Source of the DNA: Candidatus Helarchaeota archaeon
GTDB lineage: Archaea; Asgardarchaeota; Lokiarchaeia; Helarchaeales; RDOG01
Direction of reading: 5' to 3'
Assembly (NCBI GenBank): GCA_019058315.1
Contig: JAHPZH010000002.1
Coordinates: forward strand, 672,001 to 736,000
DNA length: 64,000 bases
The notes beneath the pieces were generated by a model. The model was not told the DNA's origin. It ran no database searches and was given only the letters and a program-made list of their open reading frames with translations. Made by a program: the position numbers and the translations under genes. Shown here one piece after another: positions 50,318 to 60,843 of this stretch; the first letter of the stretch is position 1; each line of letters starts with the position of its first letter.

Positions 50318-52306
50318 TTATTCGATTTTAAAAAGACTCTCTTCATCTTCCACATATATGATTTCTCTACATAATTCTTTAGTTTTAAGAAGAAAATCAT
50401 CCAAATAATTATTTAAATCTAAATTTTCTTGTTTTTCTATTAATAAATTGAGAATTTTGAAAGGATCATTTTTATAATAAAATCTAAATGTGACTGAATC
50501 TTTTAAATTCTTCGAACCAATAAGCAACTGGATATACCAACTATTGTCAAAATTTAAACCCGCTTCTAAATTAGCATTTTCACCAAAATATCTCCCAAAT
50601 GCAGGTGGGTTAACCTCTATTTCTGATTTAACAAAATCATTAAATGTTCTATTCCAATTTTTTGCTTCTTGCCATTTTGCTTTGTCAAGTTTTTCAGAAA
50701 ACAAATTAATGGTTTCAATTTCCTCTTTTGTATAATCTTTATTAGCTGGTTTATTGTTAATTCTTTCAATTTTTTTAAAATTAATTTTTGGTGTGATTAA
50801 CTTAATAAAATCTTCATCATCATGATATTCATTGAAATCCTCTTCATTTGCAGCTTTTTTAAGGTAGCTGTGATTTATTTTTATAGCTTTTTTAAGAAAT
50901 TTAAAGGAATTTGATTTATCTCGTAATAGAGAATATACCGCAGCTATCCAGAACAATAATTCAGCATTATTTGGCTTTTTTTCTAAGAATTTTAGGTAAA
51001 TTTCCAATGCTTTATTGAGATATGGTACTGCTTCTTTTCTTTCATTTTGCAATATTTTCATATGCCCAGCGCAATGGTAATATTCAGGAATTTCACTATT
51101 AGAAGAAATAAGTTCTTTAAAAATATCAAAAGCTTTTTTAAATTCTTTATTTTCCTTAAATAATATCGCTTCATTAAATTTCTCTTGGGGATCAAAATAT
51201 TGAACCCCTAAGAAATCAGCCAGACCTCTTCTATAACTTAAGTATTTACTACCATTTGAGTTTTTTAATAGTTTAAAGCTAAAGTTTATTCCTGCTCTTT
51301 TAAGATCACTATATATATTAGCATATTCCCAAACACCAGGACTTTCAACAAACCCTATTAATATCTCCTTCTGAAGAGTATTGAGTTCATCTTTTGATTT
51401 TATAGGATTCTTTTCATTATTTTCTTTAAATGCCATTTGTATTAGCGCATTGGCCATATCAAGACAATTATTACCATCAGATTCTTCTTTTAAAATATTA
51501 ACTAACGGTTTTATTATTATTTTTAACTGATCCTCTTTAATTCCTTTTAAATAATATAACATATTTTCATGTGTCATGCTTTGAGAAGAATGATATCTTT
51601 GAAGTTTTAAAAAGAGCTCTTTATTATCAAGAAGCGCTTTAAGATTGATAAGTATTGGTTCTTTCAAATTATTCTTATGTATTTTGATATATGTCAATAT
51701 AACTGCAAGTTTGACCAGTTTATAATCGCTTTTAAGTAATTCTTTTTCATAAAATTCAAAAATTTCTGAATTTTCTTCTAAAAGCTTACCCATACATAAA
51801 GTAAAAATACTTTTTAATGCTGGATCATTATCAGTTTTTCTAAATTCAATCATAAGTAAGTCCATTACTTCTTTTTTCTTATCTTTAAAGCAGGAAAGTA
51901 TATATGCAGCGTAATATTTTTCTTGATAAGTGCCAAAAGTGAGAAAATTGGTAAAAACCATAAATCCTTTTCCAAATTCTTCCTCAATGGCTTTTATGTA
52001 CTTATCATTTTTTGAATAACCATTTATAATATGATCAAGTAAATTAAGAATTTCCGAGGAAACGGGCAAATTATTTTCAAGAATTTCAATTAAAAAAGGT
52101 ATTGCATATGAAGTTGCTTCATAAACAGTTCCTTGATGATAAATATTTCCATATAATCCATATAATGCATTATTTCTATCCGCTTTATTTTCTGAGACTA
52201 GATCTTTTATTAATTCTGGCACATCAGTTGCTTCACCATAAGCATGACTTAGATTTTTCCAATCAATTTTATCTAGATTTTCAAAAATTCTATATCCCTC
52301 TGGCAA
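50318..52306 (-). CDS. HEAT-repeat plus TPR protein
   Basis: N-terminal 'IDWKNLSHAYGEATDVPELI...IYHQGTVYEAT..AIPFL' HEAT family; TPR/TPR-end near aa 370-505. Confidence 0.8.
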   Translation of the reverse strand: MPEGYRIFENLDKIDWKNLSHAYGEATDVPELIKDLVSENKADRNNALYGLYGNIYHQGTVYEATSYAIPFLIEILENNLPVSSEILNLLDHIINGYSKNDKYIKAIEEEFGKGFMVFTNFLTFGTYQEKYYAAYILSCFKDKKKEVMDLLMIEFRKTDNDPALKSIFTLCMGKLLEENSEIFEFYEKELLKSDYKLVKLAVILTYIKIHKNNLKEPILINLKALLDNKELFLKLQRYHSSQSMTHENMLYYLKGIKEDQLKIIIKPLVNILKEESDGNNCLDMANALIQMAFKENNEKNPIKSKDELNTLQKEILIGFVESPGVWEYANIYSDLKRAGINFSFKLLKNSNGSKYLSYRRGLADFLGVQYFDPQEKFNEAILFKENKEFKKAFDIFKELISSNSEIPEYYHCAGHMKILQNERKEAVPYLNKALEIYLKFLEKKPNNAELLFWIAAVYSLLRDKSNSFKFLKKAIKINHSYLKKAANEEDFNEYHDDEDFIKLITPKINFKKIERINNKPANKDYTKEEIETINLFSEKLDKAKWQEAKNWNRTFNDFVKSEIEVNPPAFGRYFGENANLEAGLNFDNSWYIQLLIGSKNLKDSVTFRFYYKNDPFKILNLLIEKQENLDLNNYLDDFLLKTKELCREIIYVEDEESLFKIE

Positions 52307-52345
52307 AATATTTTATTTTGTATAAACTTTTATGATTGAAATAAT

Positions 52346-53278
52346 TTAAATAGTTAAAGAATTTATCTTTTTAGTTATTCGCTCCACCTCTTTTTCTAAC
52401 TTATCCAACTTTAGTAATGTAATTCCTTCTTTATTCATTTCTGTTCTTAAAAATTCTAATCTCTTAATAAGCTTATTTATTTCTTGATCTTTACAATATT
52501 CAATTACCGCTTTTACTCCCTTTTTATAAATAGCTTTATCATTTTTCGTTAAATTTTTTGAGGTTATTTTTAATTTCTTTATATTAATAAGATATTTTAA
52601 ACCTTCTAATTCTTTTATCGGATTGAATTCAAGATCTAATATTCCTAATTGAGATAATCCTTTCAACCCCTCAATTCTTTTAATATCATTATGATTAAGA
52701 CTTAATTCTTTCAATTTAGATAGATGATCTATCCCCTCTATTTTCTTGATTTTATTAAAATAAAGATATAAAATTTCTAATCGAGTGAGTTTTTCCAATC
52801 CCTCAATTTTTTGAATATTATTATTGAAAAGATATAAACTCTTTAGCTGTTTGAGATTTTCTAATCCCTCGATTTTCGAGATTTTGTTATATCCAATATT
52901 TAATACTCTTAATTCGGATAATTTTTCTAATTCCTCTATTTTTTTAATCTGATTATCATAAATTCTTAATTCTTGTAATTGAGAAAGGTTTCCTAATCCC
53001 TCAATTTTTTTAATTTTATTAAAATTTAAAGTTAATTTCTTCAATTGATATAGGTTTTCTAATCCTTCAATTTTAGTGATTTGATTGCCAGACAGCTCCA
53101 ATAATAATAAATGAGAAAATTTCTCTAAACCTTTAATTTTTGTAATTCCTCTCCTACCCAAATCTAGAAAGATCAAATTACCATTTTTATTGATTTTAAA
53201 TTTAGTTTTTCCTAATCTATATAATGTCTTTAATTCATCAAGCGCTTCCATTTCTAATGATTTGCCAGTTGAGGACAT
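52346..53278 (-). CDS. Sds22-like LRR protein with C-terminal helical hairpin
   Basis: IKKIEGL repeats. Confidence 0.9.
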   Translation of the reverse strand: MSSTGKSLEMEALDELKTLYRLGKTKFKINKNGNLIFLDLGRRGITKIKGLEKFSHLLLLELSGNQITKIEGLENLYQLKKLTLNFNKIKKIEGLGNLSQLQELRIYDNQIKKIEELEKLSELRVLNIGYNKISKIEGLENLKQLKSLYLFNNNIQKIEGLEKLTRLEILYLYFNKIKKIEGIDHLSKLKELSLNHNDIKRIEGLKGLSQLGILDLEFNPIKELEGLKYLINIKKLKITSKNLTKNDKAIYKKGVKAVIEYCKDQEINKLIKRLEFLRTEMNKEGITLLKLDKLEKEVERITKKINSLTI

Positions 53279-53314
53279 TTATACTCCCTTTTATACGTTC
53301 CCGACTCATCCAAA

Positions 53315-55933
53315 TTATTTTATTATATCAAATAATGAACTGACTTTAAAAACATCTATAATTTTTACACCTGAAATTTGAGTCTTTATAAAATCTGGTA
53401 AACTTATTCTTAATATTATTACTCTTGATTCTGTTGGTTTTAATGAGAAATAATTATCAGAAGCAATTAAATCCACAATTTCAGAATAGATATATACATA
53501 GAGTGCAATATTTTTTGAAGTTATAGTCATAGAATAATAGCGTTCATTTTTATTATTTGAATTAATTTTTTTAATTTTATAAGAAAGACCAGGATCCTTT
53601 AAAGGAAAATTTTTTGGCTTCTCAAATAGCCGGAATCCATAGAATGGTTCAAATCCATTCTGTTCACTATCTTCAAGAGAATAAAAAATAATATTATTGC
53701 ACATTTCCTCTCTTGTTTTGTTTATAACTTCTACATCAATAGTCTCAACCAATAAAGAAGAACACGGAGGGATTTCAACCTTTTTTAAACCATTTATGAG
53801 TGTTTTTCCTTCTGCATTTAGAATGCTCCAATTTAATGTTCCCTTTTTAGAAACCCTTAAATCATTTATTACCCAAAGCTCGACTTTTTTTGGTTCTTCC
53901 ATAGCACTAACAAAGAAAGGTTGATATGCTCTTTTAGCAATATAATGTAAAGCTTTCCAGCGACCATAATAATCTAATGAAGACCAACTTGCAACCGGCC
54001 AACAATCATTCAATTGCCAATAAAGAGACCCCATACAGTGGAATTCATTCCTATTTCTCCTCCAATGCTCAATTCCATACTCTATTGCTTCAGCTTGAGT
54101 AATTTGTGAGAGAAGGACTTGATGCTCAAAATTTTGGGGGAATAAAAAACGCTTTTTGATATATCTCTTAATTTTTTTATTGCCTGCCCAGTTTTTTTGA
54201 TGGCTTTTCATTATAGGCGAATTGAAATGGTATTGTTCAGGTGGAGAAAATGTTTCAATAGTCTTCATTGATGGAAATGATTGAAAACCATATTCTGACA
54301 TAAATCTAGAGTTGAATTCTCGATAGGCTGTAAAGGGAGCACCGTTATGCCAGACCTGCCAAAAATGAGAATCACCTTTATTTGGAGTATTTGATTCTAT
54401 ATAACCTCTTTCCTTCTCACCACCACCATTGGAAGGTGAACTTGGCCAATAAGGATGATTGGGATCATATTTCTTAATTAACTCTGGCAATATCTTTTCA
54501 AATATTTCAAAGTAGCTTTTCTCAAATTTAGCTATGTCCTTAGGGTCTTGAATTTCAGATATACCAACTAAAGATGAGAATAAAAATTCATTTTCATTAT
54601 TTCCACACCAAAGAGCTAAGCTAGGTCTATGTCTCAATCTCTTAATATTTTGAATTGCCTCAATCTTAACATTTTCATTAAATTCACTGGTTGGTGGGTA
54701 AACTGCACAAGCAAACGAAAAATCCTGCCAAACCAAGATGCCTAAACTATCACAAATATCGTAAAAAAGATCATCCTCATAGATTCCCCCTCCCCAGATA
54801 CGAATAAAGTTCATATTAGCTTCCTTAGCATAGTTTAGAGTCATTTGATAAAGCCCTAATTTTTTACCACGAGGAATGAAACTATCTATTGGAATCCAGT
54901 TTGCACCCTTAGCAAAAACTGGGACTCCATTTAACAAAAAGTAAAAAGTTTCACCCCAGTGATCCAGTTCTCTTATAAGTCTGATATCTCGAAATCCAAT
55001 TTTAAGATTCTGTGAATCAATTTGGTCTTTATCATGTATTGAAACCTTTAATTCATAAAGATTTGGGGTGCCGAGGTCATGTGTCCACCACAATTGTGGA
55101 TTGCTAATATCCATCTCAATTGTTTGATTTTTGTCTTTAAGAGTAACACTCTTTGAGTGCTGTATTCCATCAGGACTAGTTAATTCAACCTTAATTTTAT
55201 ATCCTAAAGACTCTATATCATTTAGTTTTGAACTTATCTCGAGATTTACTTTGAGATTAACTGTCTCAACATTAATTTTTGAAATTTCTTCCGAATTCTT
55301 AATTTTCAGGGGGTCTATATTGTATTTAAATTTCTGAACTGGATAAATTGAATCAATTTTTAGCTCATTGTACCCAATTAATTCTACCGACTTCCAAATT
55401 GCAATATCCGGCAGTTGAGGACCCCAATCCCAACCAAAGGAGAATTGAGCTTTTCTTAAATATGGAATTCCTAGCAGAGAGTCAGCAGCTCTTAATTTGA
55501 ATTTATGTTTCTTTATTTCTTCTAAAGCGTAATTGGTTGGACTCTTTATAATTACTTTTAACTTATTTATTCCTTCTTTTAACTTAGATTTTACATCGAT
55601 ATCATAACTAACAAACATATTATTAGTGTGCCCGAGCAACTCATTATTTAAATAAATTTCAGCAATAGTATCTATTCCTTTGAATCTGAGAAGGATATTC
55701 TTACATTCTAAAAACTCAGCATTTATTACGAATTCTTTTTCAAACTTCCAATCAGAATTATAAACCCAAGCCACTTTAGATTCATTTTCACCATAAAATG
55801 GGTCCTCAATTTTTTGATTTATTAATAAAGCTTCAAATACAGACTCTGGAACTTCGATAGGTATATTAATATTTCTTTCTTCTTGTGTTAACGTCCATTC
55901 TCCATCTAAAGAAATCAATTCCATAATTATCAA
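53315..55933 (-). CDS. Beta-mannosidase (glycoside hydrolase family 2)
   Basis: 'RKAQFSFGWDWGP', 'KGANWIP', 'RIWGGG', 'WQDF', 'WCGNNE', 'SEYGFQS', 'YWQLNDCWP'. Confidence 0.93.
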   Translation of the reverse strand: MIIMELISLDGEWTLTQEERNINIPIEVPESVFEALLINQKIEDPFYGENESKVAWVYNSDWKFEKEFVINAEFLECKNILLRFKGIDTIAEIYLNNELLGHTNNMFVSYDIDVKSKLKEGINKLKVIIKSPTNYALEEIKKHKFKLRAADSLLGIPYLRKAQFSFGWDWGPQLPDIAIWKSVELIGYNELKIDSIYPVQKFKYNIDPLKIKNSEEISKINVETVNLKVNLEISSKLNDIESLGYKIKVELTSPDGIQHSKSVTLKDKNQTIEMDISNPQLWWTHDLGTPNLYELKVSIHDKDQIDSQNLKIGFRDIRLIRELDHWGETFYFLLNGVPVFAKGANWIPIDSFIPRGKKLGLYQMTLNYAKEANMNFIRIWGGGIYEDDLFYDICDSLGILVWQDFSFACAVYPPTSEFNENVKIEAIQNIKRLRHRPSLALWCGNNENEFLFSSLVGISEIQDPKDIAKFEKSYFEIFEKILPELIKKYDPNHPYWPSSPSNGGGEKERGYIESNTPNKGDSHFWQVWHNGAPFTAYREFNSRFMSEYGFQSFPSMKTIETFSPPEQYHFNSPIMKSHQKNWAGNKKIKRYIKKRFLFPQNFEHQVLLSQITQAEAIEYGIEHWRRNRNEFHCMGSLYWQLNDCWPVASWSSLDYYGRWKALHYIAKRAYQPFFVSAMEEPKKVELWVINDLRVSKKGTLNWSILNAEGKTLINGLKKVEIPPCSSLLVETIDVEVINKTREEMCNNIIFYSLEDSEQNGFEPFYGFRLFEKPKNFPLKDPGLSYKIKKINSNNKNERYYSMTITSKNIALYVYIYSEIVDLIASDNYFSLKPTESRVIILRISLPDFIKTQISGVKIIDVFKVSSLFDIIK

Positions 55934-56045
55934 TTAGGCTATTCAAATTAAATGTTTAAAGAATTTGAGAAAATATTACTATTCCAAATTATTTAATTTA
56001 TTTAAACTATGTAGAAGAAGATAAAGTGTCTCGTTATTAAACAAT

Positions 56046-56384
56046 TTATTTACTAAAATAACGCTCAGCAGAAAAGCTTTTTCCCTGTGCTATAATAACA
56101 CACGTTCTTTTTTCGGGAGTTATTGTTATTGTAGCACTTTCGATGACTTCAAGGGGAATACCCTCCTTTTTTAAAACATTATGAAACCACTTGGACATTA
56201 ATTTATAATATCTTTCTACGTCATCCCCTTCCATATCAGGGGTTAAAGTACCACTAATCAAGTCAACAATAATTTTTCTTCTTGGTCTAAAATGTTCAAA
56301 TGGGTAGTTACCAAATCCTTCTGGGTTCCACATTGAGGATCTTAATGCGTTATTAGCTACTGACCTTAATCTTATTAATTTCAT
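56046..56384 (-). CDS. Hypothetical protein
   Basis: 112-aa ATG ORF. Confidence 0.6.
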   Translation of the reverse strand: MKLIRLRSVANNALRSSMWNPEGFGNYPFEHFRPRRKIIVDLISGTLTPDMEGDDVERYYKLMSKWFHNVLKKEGIPLEVIESATITITPEKRTCVIIAQGKSFSAERYFSK

Positions 56385-56455
56385 GTTTGAATAAATGAAA
56401 TTATTATATTTAAAATTAATTTGATTTTATTAACTTTATAAAAAGAAGATATGAA

Positions 56456-57355
56456 TTGGTTTTAATGGAAAAAATTAATGAAATTGAAGATGAACAAGAA
56501 AAAAAAGCCATTATTGAGTTATGGAATAATTTTAACTGCTGGGATGCTCCATTGAATCAGGTGGGATTTGAAATCAACGAGAAGGGACAAATAAAATTAT
56601 TGAGACTAAATAATAGAAAAATAAAAAAGATTCCTAACTTTATTGCTAATTTTTCAGAGCTTAAATATTTAGATTTATATTATAATAAAATCCGTAAAAT
56701 AGAAATACCAAATAATCTTAAGAAATTGAAGCGATTATATCTTGGAGGAAATCTCATTACTAAAATCGATGGCCTAGATAATTTTTCACAGTTGAATGAA
56801 TTAGCTATTTATGGAAATCGAATTTCAAAGATTCAAAATATCAATCATTTATCTTCCTTATTATCATTAAATCTAAATGGTAATAATATTACACAGATTG
56901 AAGGTTTAGATAATCTTATTCATTTACAAGATTTAAACCTGAATTCTAATAAAATTACAAAGATTAGTGGGTTAAATAATCTTTTTAATTTAAAGAGATT
57001 ATTATTGGATAATAATAGAATTACAAAAATCCAAGGATTAGAAAATCTAACTCAATTACAAGAAATTAGTCTAACAAATAACGAGATTATAAAAATCGAA
57101 GGGATAGAGGAACTTGATAACTTGGAAAGTATTTCACTTTTAGGAAATCCACTTTCAGAAATAGATAAGAAAGTCTATCATAAGGGTTTAATTGCTTTAA
57201 AAAAATTTTCTAGACAAAGGAAAATAGATGATTGCATAAAAAGAATAAAAGAAATACAAGAAATATTGAATTTGGGTAAGCTAAAATTAGATAATTATAA
57301 CATTTTAAATCAAGAACTTGAAGAACTACAGAAAAAAATTAAAGATTTCAAATAA
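56456..57355 (+). CDS. Sds22-like LRR protein with C-terminal helical hairpin
   Basis: ITKI.GL repeats. Confidence 0.9.
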   Translation: MVLMEKINEIEDEQEKKAIIELWNNFNCWDAPLNQVGFEINEKGQIKLLRLNNRKIKKIPNFIANFSELKYLDLYYNKIRKIEIPNNLKKLKRLYLGGNLITKIDGLDNFSQLNELAIYGNRISKIQNINHLSSLLSLNLNGNNITQIEGLDNLIHLQDLNLNSNKITKISGLNNLFNLKRLLLDNNRITKIQGLENLTQLQEISLTNNEIIKIEGIEELDNLESISLLGNPLSEIDKKVYHKGLIALKKFSRQRKIDDCIKRIKEIQEILNLGKLKLDNYNILNQELEELQKKIKDFK

Positions 57356-57492
57356 AAAGGAGTTAAATCAATGGGATCTTCATTAATGTCAATTATAAAT
57401 TTTACAAATAAGAAATTACAAATATATAAAAAATAGGAAGGAAAAAATAATAATACAATACCAACATTCTTAAAATTCTGGGATATACAAGA

Positions 57493-58011
57493 ATGACAAT
57501 ATACAGATTTAAAATAGTTATTGTAGGAGATTATGGAGTAGGTAAAACATCATTAATAAATCAGTATGTTACCCAAAAATTTAAAGGAAGTTATATTCCC
57601 ACTTTGGGAGTACAATTCACTAAAATAAGTTTAAAAGCAAGCGATGATGAGGTTGAATTAATCCTTTGGGATATAGCTGGTCAAGATAGCTTTTTTAAAA
57701 TTAGACAGAGATTTTATGATAATACTCAAGGATTCATAGTTGTATACGATATTACAAGAAAATCCTCTTTGGAAAATATTAAAAATTGGTATGATGATGT
57801 CACGGCGCACACTGGGAAATTACCTTGTCTTTTACTTGGCAATAAATCTGACTTAACAGAAAGAAGAGTTATTAATAAGGAAGATGTAAAGGAAATTATT
57901 GAAAAACATGAAATGAATTTTATTAACTTTTTTGAAACCTCAGCAAAAACTGGAGAAAATGTGAAAGAAAGTTTTGAATCAATAGCTAAAAACATATTAA
58001 AAAATATATAA
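57493..58011 (+). CDS. Rab/Ras-like small GTPase
   Basis: G1 GDYGVGKTS, G2 PTLG, G3 WDIAGQ, G4 NKSD, G5 ETSAK; no C-terminal Cys lipidation motif. Confidence 0.95.
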   Translation: MTIYRFKIVIVGDYGVGKTSLINQYVTQKFKGSYIPTLGVQFTKISLKASDDEVELILWDIAGQDSFFKIRQRFYDNTQGFIVVYDITRKSSLENIKNWYDDVTAHTGKLPCLLLGNKSDLTERRVINKEDVKEIIEKHEMNFINFFETSAKTGENVKESFESIAKNILKNI

Positions 58012-58037
58012 ACTATTATTATTTCGATCTTCCAGAG

Positions 58038-59138
58038 GTGTATGAAATAAATAAACCGTATTTTTTAAGCATAATAAACCCTTCAGGAATATGTTTATTC
58101 TTATATTGCTTTAAAGAAGATTTTGATGTAACAGAATTTCAACTTTTTAGTGGTTTTATAACAGCCATTATTAAATTCTCAGAAGAATTAAATGAAAAAA
58201 TTGGGTATAGCAAGGAGGATGGACGAGTTCCTTCCATTCCTCTTAATTTAAATTTTGAAATTCTGATCTCATATAATGAACCCCTAATTGGTTGTCTTGT
58301 GGCGGAAAGAAAAGATTATGATGAGGATATGAAAATTTTTCTTAATGATGTATTAGATGAATTTCTAGAAATTAATGGTGAAAATCTCAAAGATTTTAAT
58401 GGTGATATTGGGACATTCGATCGTTTTAAAGATGAAATCGAAAGAATTTTCAGAAAAAGAAGCATTTTTTCTTATCAAATCCCAAAAATGAGAACAGACC
58501 AAACCAAGAGGATATCGCTGAAAGAAAATTTCTTAGATTTAATTGATTTGATAGATGGTAAGAGAGACATTAAACAGATTTCTCAAATTTTAAAAAAGGA
58601 AACAGAAAAAATAAAAGACATGATTTCACGATTATTATGGCTTGAAATGATAAATTTAAGTGCTAAAGTCTACGAAGATGATGTTTTTGAACCAAGAAAA
58701 GACTTATTTCAATTAATAAGAAGCAGAGAAATTGATCCAGAAAAGAGAAAAGAAAAAGAAAAACATTTAGAGGAAAAAGCATCCGAATTTGATTTATTAA
58801 ATGCCATTGATGGATTCAAAACTGTTCTTGAACTTGATAATGACTTTCCTAACTTATCTTCTGATGAGATAAAACGAATTTTATCATATTATCTCTCTCA
58901 AGGATCTTATCTTGAGAAAATTGAGCTGTACCCACAATTAATCAATATTAATGATAAACTTATTGAGAATTTATCCGATGAAAGCCTTGCACTATGTTAT
59001 TCATTGGAAAATATTTGTGAAGGAGATCTATCATTAGCAGAAATTTCAGCAAGAATTGGTATGCCAATTAATGAAATAAAAAAAATGTTAAATTTTATGG
59101 GAGATCATGTAACATATATTAAAAAATCTGTTAAATAA
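58038..59138 (+). CDS. Longin plus tandem winged-HTH protein (NPRL2-like architecture)
   Basis: N-terminal longin 'QLFSGFITAIIKFSEEL', then three 'IDG..(I/V)..IS' wHTH-like units. Confidence 0.7.
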   Translation: MYEINKPYFLSIINPSGICLFLYCFKEDFDVTEFQLFSGFITAIIKFSEELNEKIGYSKEDGRVPSIPLNLNFEILISYNEPLIGCLVAERKDYDEDMKIFLNDVLDEFLEINGENLKDFNGDIGTFDRFKDEIERIFRKRSIFSYQIPKMRTDQTKRISLKENFLDLIDLIDGKRDIKQISQILKKETEKIKDMISRLLWLEMINLSAKVYEDDVFEPRKDLFQLIRSREIDPEKRKEKEKHLEEKASEFDLLNAIDGFKTVLELDNDFPNLSSDEIKRILSYYLSQGSYLEKIELYPQLININDKLIENLSDESLALCYSLENICEGDLSLAEISARIGMPINEIKKMLNFMGDHVTYIKKSVK

Positions 59139-59166
59139 TAGATTAATACATTGCAAATAAAATGGG

Positions 59167-59847
59167 TTATGATATAACCTTGCTTCTTTCTATAATCCAA
59201 TTATTTAATCGCTGAAAATCCTCCTCAACAAAATAATTACATATTACTTCTTTGAATTCCTGACTTAAAATTTTATATCTTTTCCTATCACCAGATGAAA
59301 AATAATCCAAAATGAAGAATATAAACTCTTTACTGTCTTCGGGAGCAATTTCTACAAGGGCTTTAATTATTTTTTTTCTAAGCTTTAGACTAAAATCAAT
59401 TGGATCTACACCAGTTTCAATCAAACGTTTTATTGCTTCAATTAGGCATTTTTGAATGCCCTTTTCAATCAAAGATTCAACAAATGACTTTGATGCAATA
59501 AAATATTCTCCTGGAGCTAATAAATCACGTAAATCAGGACGTTTTTCAATAGGGATTTCTTTATAATCAGGCTCATAATTTTCATTAAATTTAAATTGAC
59601 CTATTGCAAAATGAGTAAGATTAAAATAAGAAAATTTTTCTCCCTTTCTCAATAGAACCAAATTCTTTTGTATTTTTCCATTTTTAATTTCTGTAAGGGC
59701 ACATATGTCTATCCCCTTTTCTTTTAAAAAATCGTCATTAATAGGAATATAACACTTTTCAAAAATATAATACCCTTTTTCTTTATCTACAACCCTTCTC
59801 TCATTTTTTTCGATACGATCTAACCAATCATCTGTCAAAAGAATCAA
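59167..59847 (-). CDS. Hypothetical protein
   Basis: 226-aa ORF with coding-like composition. Confidence 0.65.
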   Translation of the reverse strand: MILLTDDWLDRIEKNERRVVDKEKGYYIFEKCYIPINDDFLKEKGIDICALTEIKNGKIQKNLVLLRKGEKFSYFNLTHFAIGQFKFNENYEPDYKEIPIEKRPDLRDLLAPGEYFIASKSFVESLIEKGIQKCLIEAIKRLIETGVDPIDFSLKLRKKIIKALVEIAPEDSKEFIFFILDYFSSGDRKRYKILSQEFKEVICNYFVEEDFQRLNNWIIERSKVIS

Positions 59848-59895
59848 GTTCTATAATTTTTATAAATTTAAGAAATATCATCGTTTATACAATTG

Positions 59896-60843
59896 TTATT
59901 CTTTTTCTGCATCCTTAATTAATTCTTTTGCTGCTTCTTTAACTATTTCTTTTAAATCTTCTTTTTCTAATTTGCTAATCTTCTCTTCTATGTCCTCTTC
60001 TTCTTTAGGTTTCTCTTTTTTCGTTTTTTCCTTCTCTTTTTCCACTTTATCTTCTTTTTTCTTGTCCTCTCTAGCCTTCTTAACCTCTTTTAAATACTCA
60101 GCAGCTGCTTTATCTTGTTCAGAGAGGTTTGTTAATATCTGATCCATCATTTTTTCTGGTATTTTTTCTTTATATTGCTTTATTTTAGCTAAAAATATCT
60201 CAAATTCCTCTTTATTCATCTCTTTATCCGAAAATCTTAATAATAATTCAGGAAACTGGACGAGTAATTTTGGAAATTCATCTAAATTTGACCAGAATTC
60301 TAAGAATTCCAATCCAATAGTACTCTCTGAAACATGTCCCCAGTCTCCAATAATGACGTAATCAAATAATTCTTCCATCAAGTAACTAATTACCGACATT
60401 AGCAATTTTGAGTAATTAAGATTGAAGCTATGTGTTCCTTTAATACTGATATGATCTTCTCTTTTTATTTCATAATTGAGACTGTCTAGCCACATTAAGC
60501 CATTATTTCCAAGCTTTTTAATTAAAAATTGAAGAAATTCTTCGATATCAAAGTCTTCTTTCAATAAATCGAGTTGTAAATGAGCAAAATCGAGAAAGTT
60601 TTTTGCTGAATCTATAGAAATTTCTTCTAAAAGATCTTCTTCTATATCTTCTAATACCTTATTAAGCAGAGTTTTCTCAATAATGATCATGTTCTGATTG
60701 CGTGAATTAACAATTATATCTAACCATTCATAAATTGCTTTTCTAGCTATTTGATTAGTTGTTATATTCTGACTATTTGCTAATTTCTCTAATTCTTTAA
60801 AAATTTCTTCGGATATCCTGAGACCTATTAATTTATTAGGCAT
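59896..60843 (-). CDS. Ribbon-helix-helix (CopG-like) protein with charged C-terminal tail
   Basis: 'LIGLRISEEIFKELEKLANSQNITTNQIARKAIYEWL'; GGTGA upstream. Confidence 0.75.
   Translation of the reverse strand: MPNKLIGLRISEEIFKELEKLANSQNITTNQIARKAIYEWLDIIVNSRNQNMIIIEKTLLNKVLEDIEEDLLEEISIDSAKNFLDFAHLQLDLLKEDFDIEEFLQFLIKKLGNNGLMWLDSLNYEIKREDHISIKGTHSFNLNYSKLLMSVISYLMEELFDYVIIGDWGHVSESTIGLEFLEFWSNLDEFPKLLVQFPELLLRFSDKEMNKEEFEIFLAKIKQYKEKIPEKMMDQILTNLSEQDKAAAEYLKEVKKAREDKKKEDKVEKEKEKTKKEKPKEEEDIEEKISKLEKEDLKEIVKEAAKELIKDAEKE

Noticed and set aside
56456-58011. Split Roco (LRR-Roc-COR) protein
   Set aside because: The genes are separated by 137 nt with clean stop and start, and no COR domain is recognisable.
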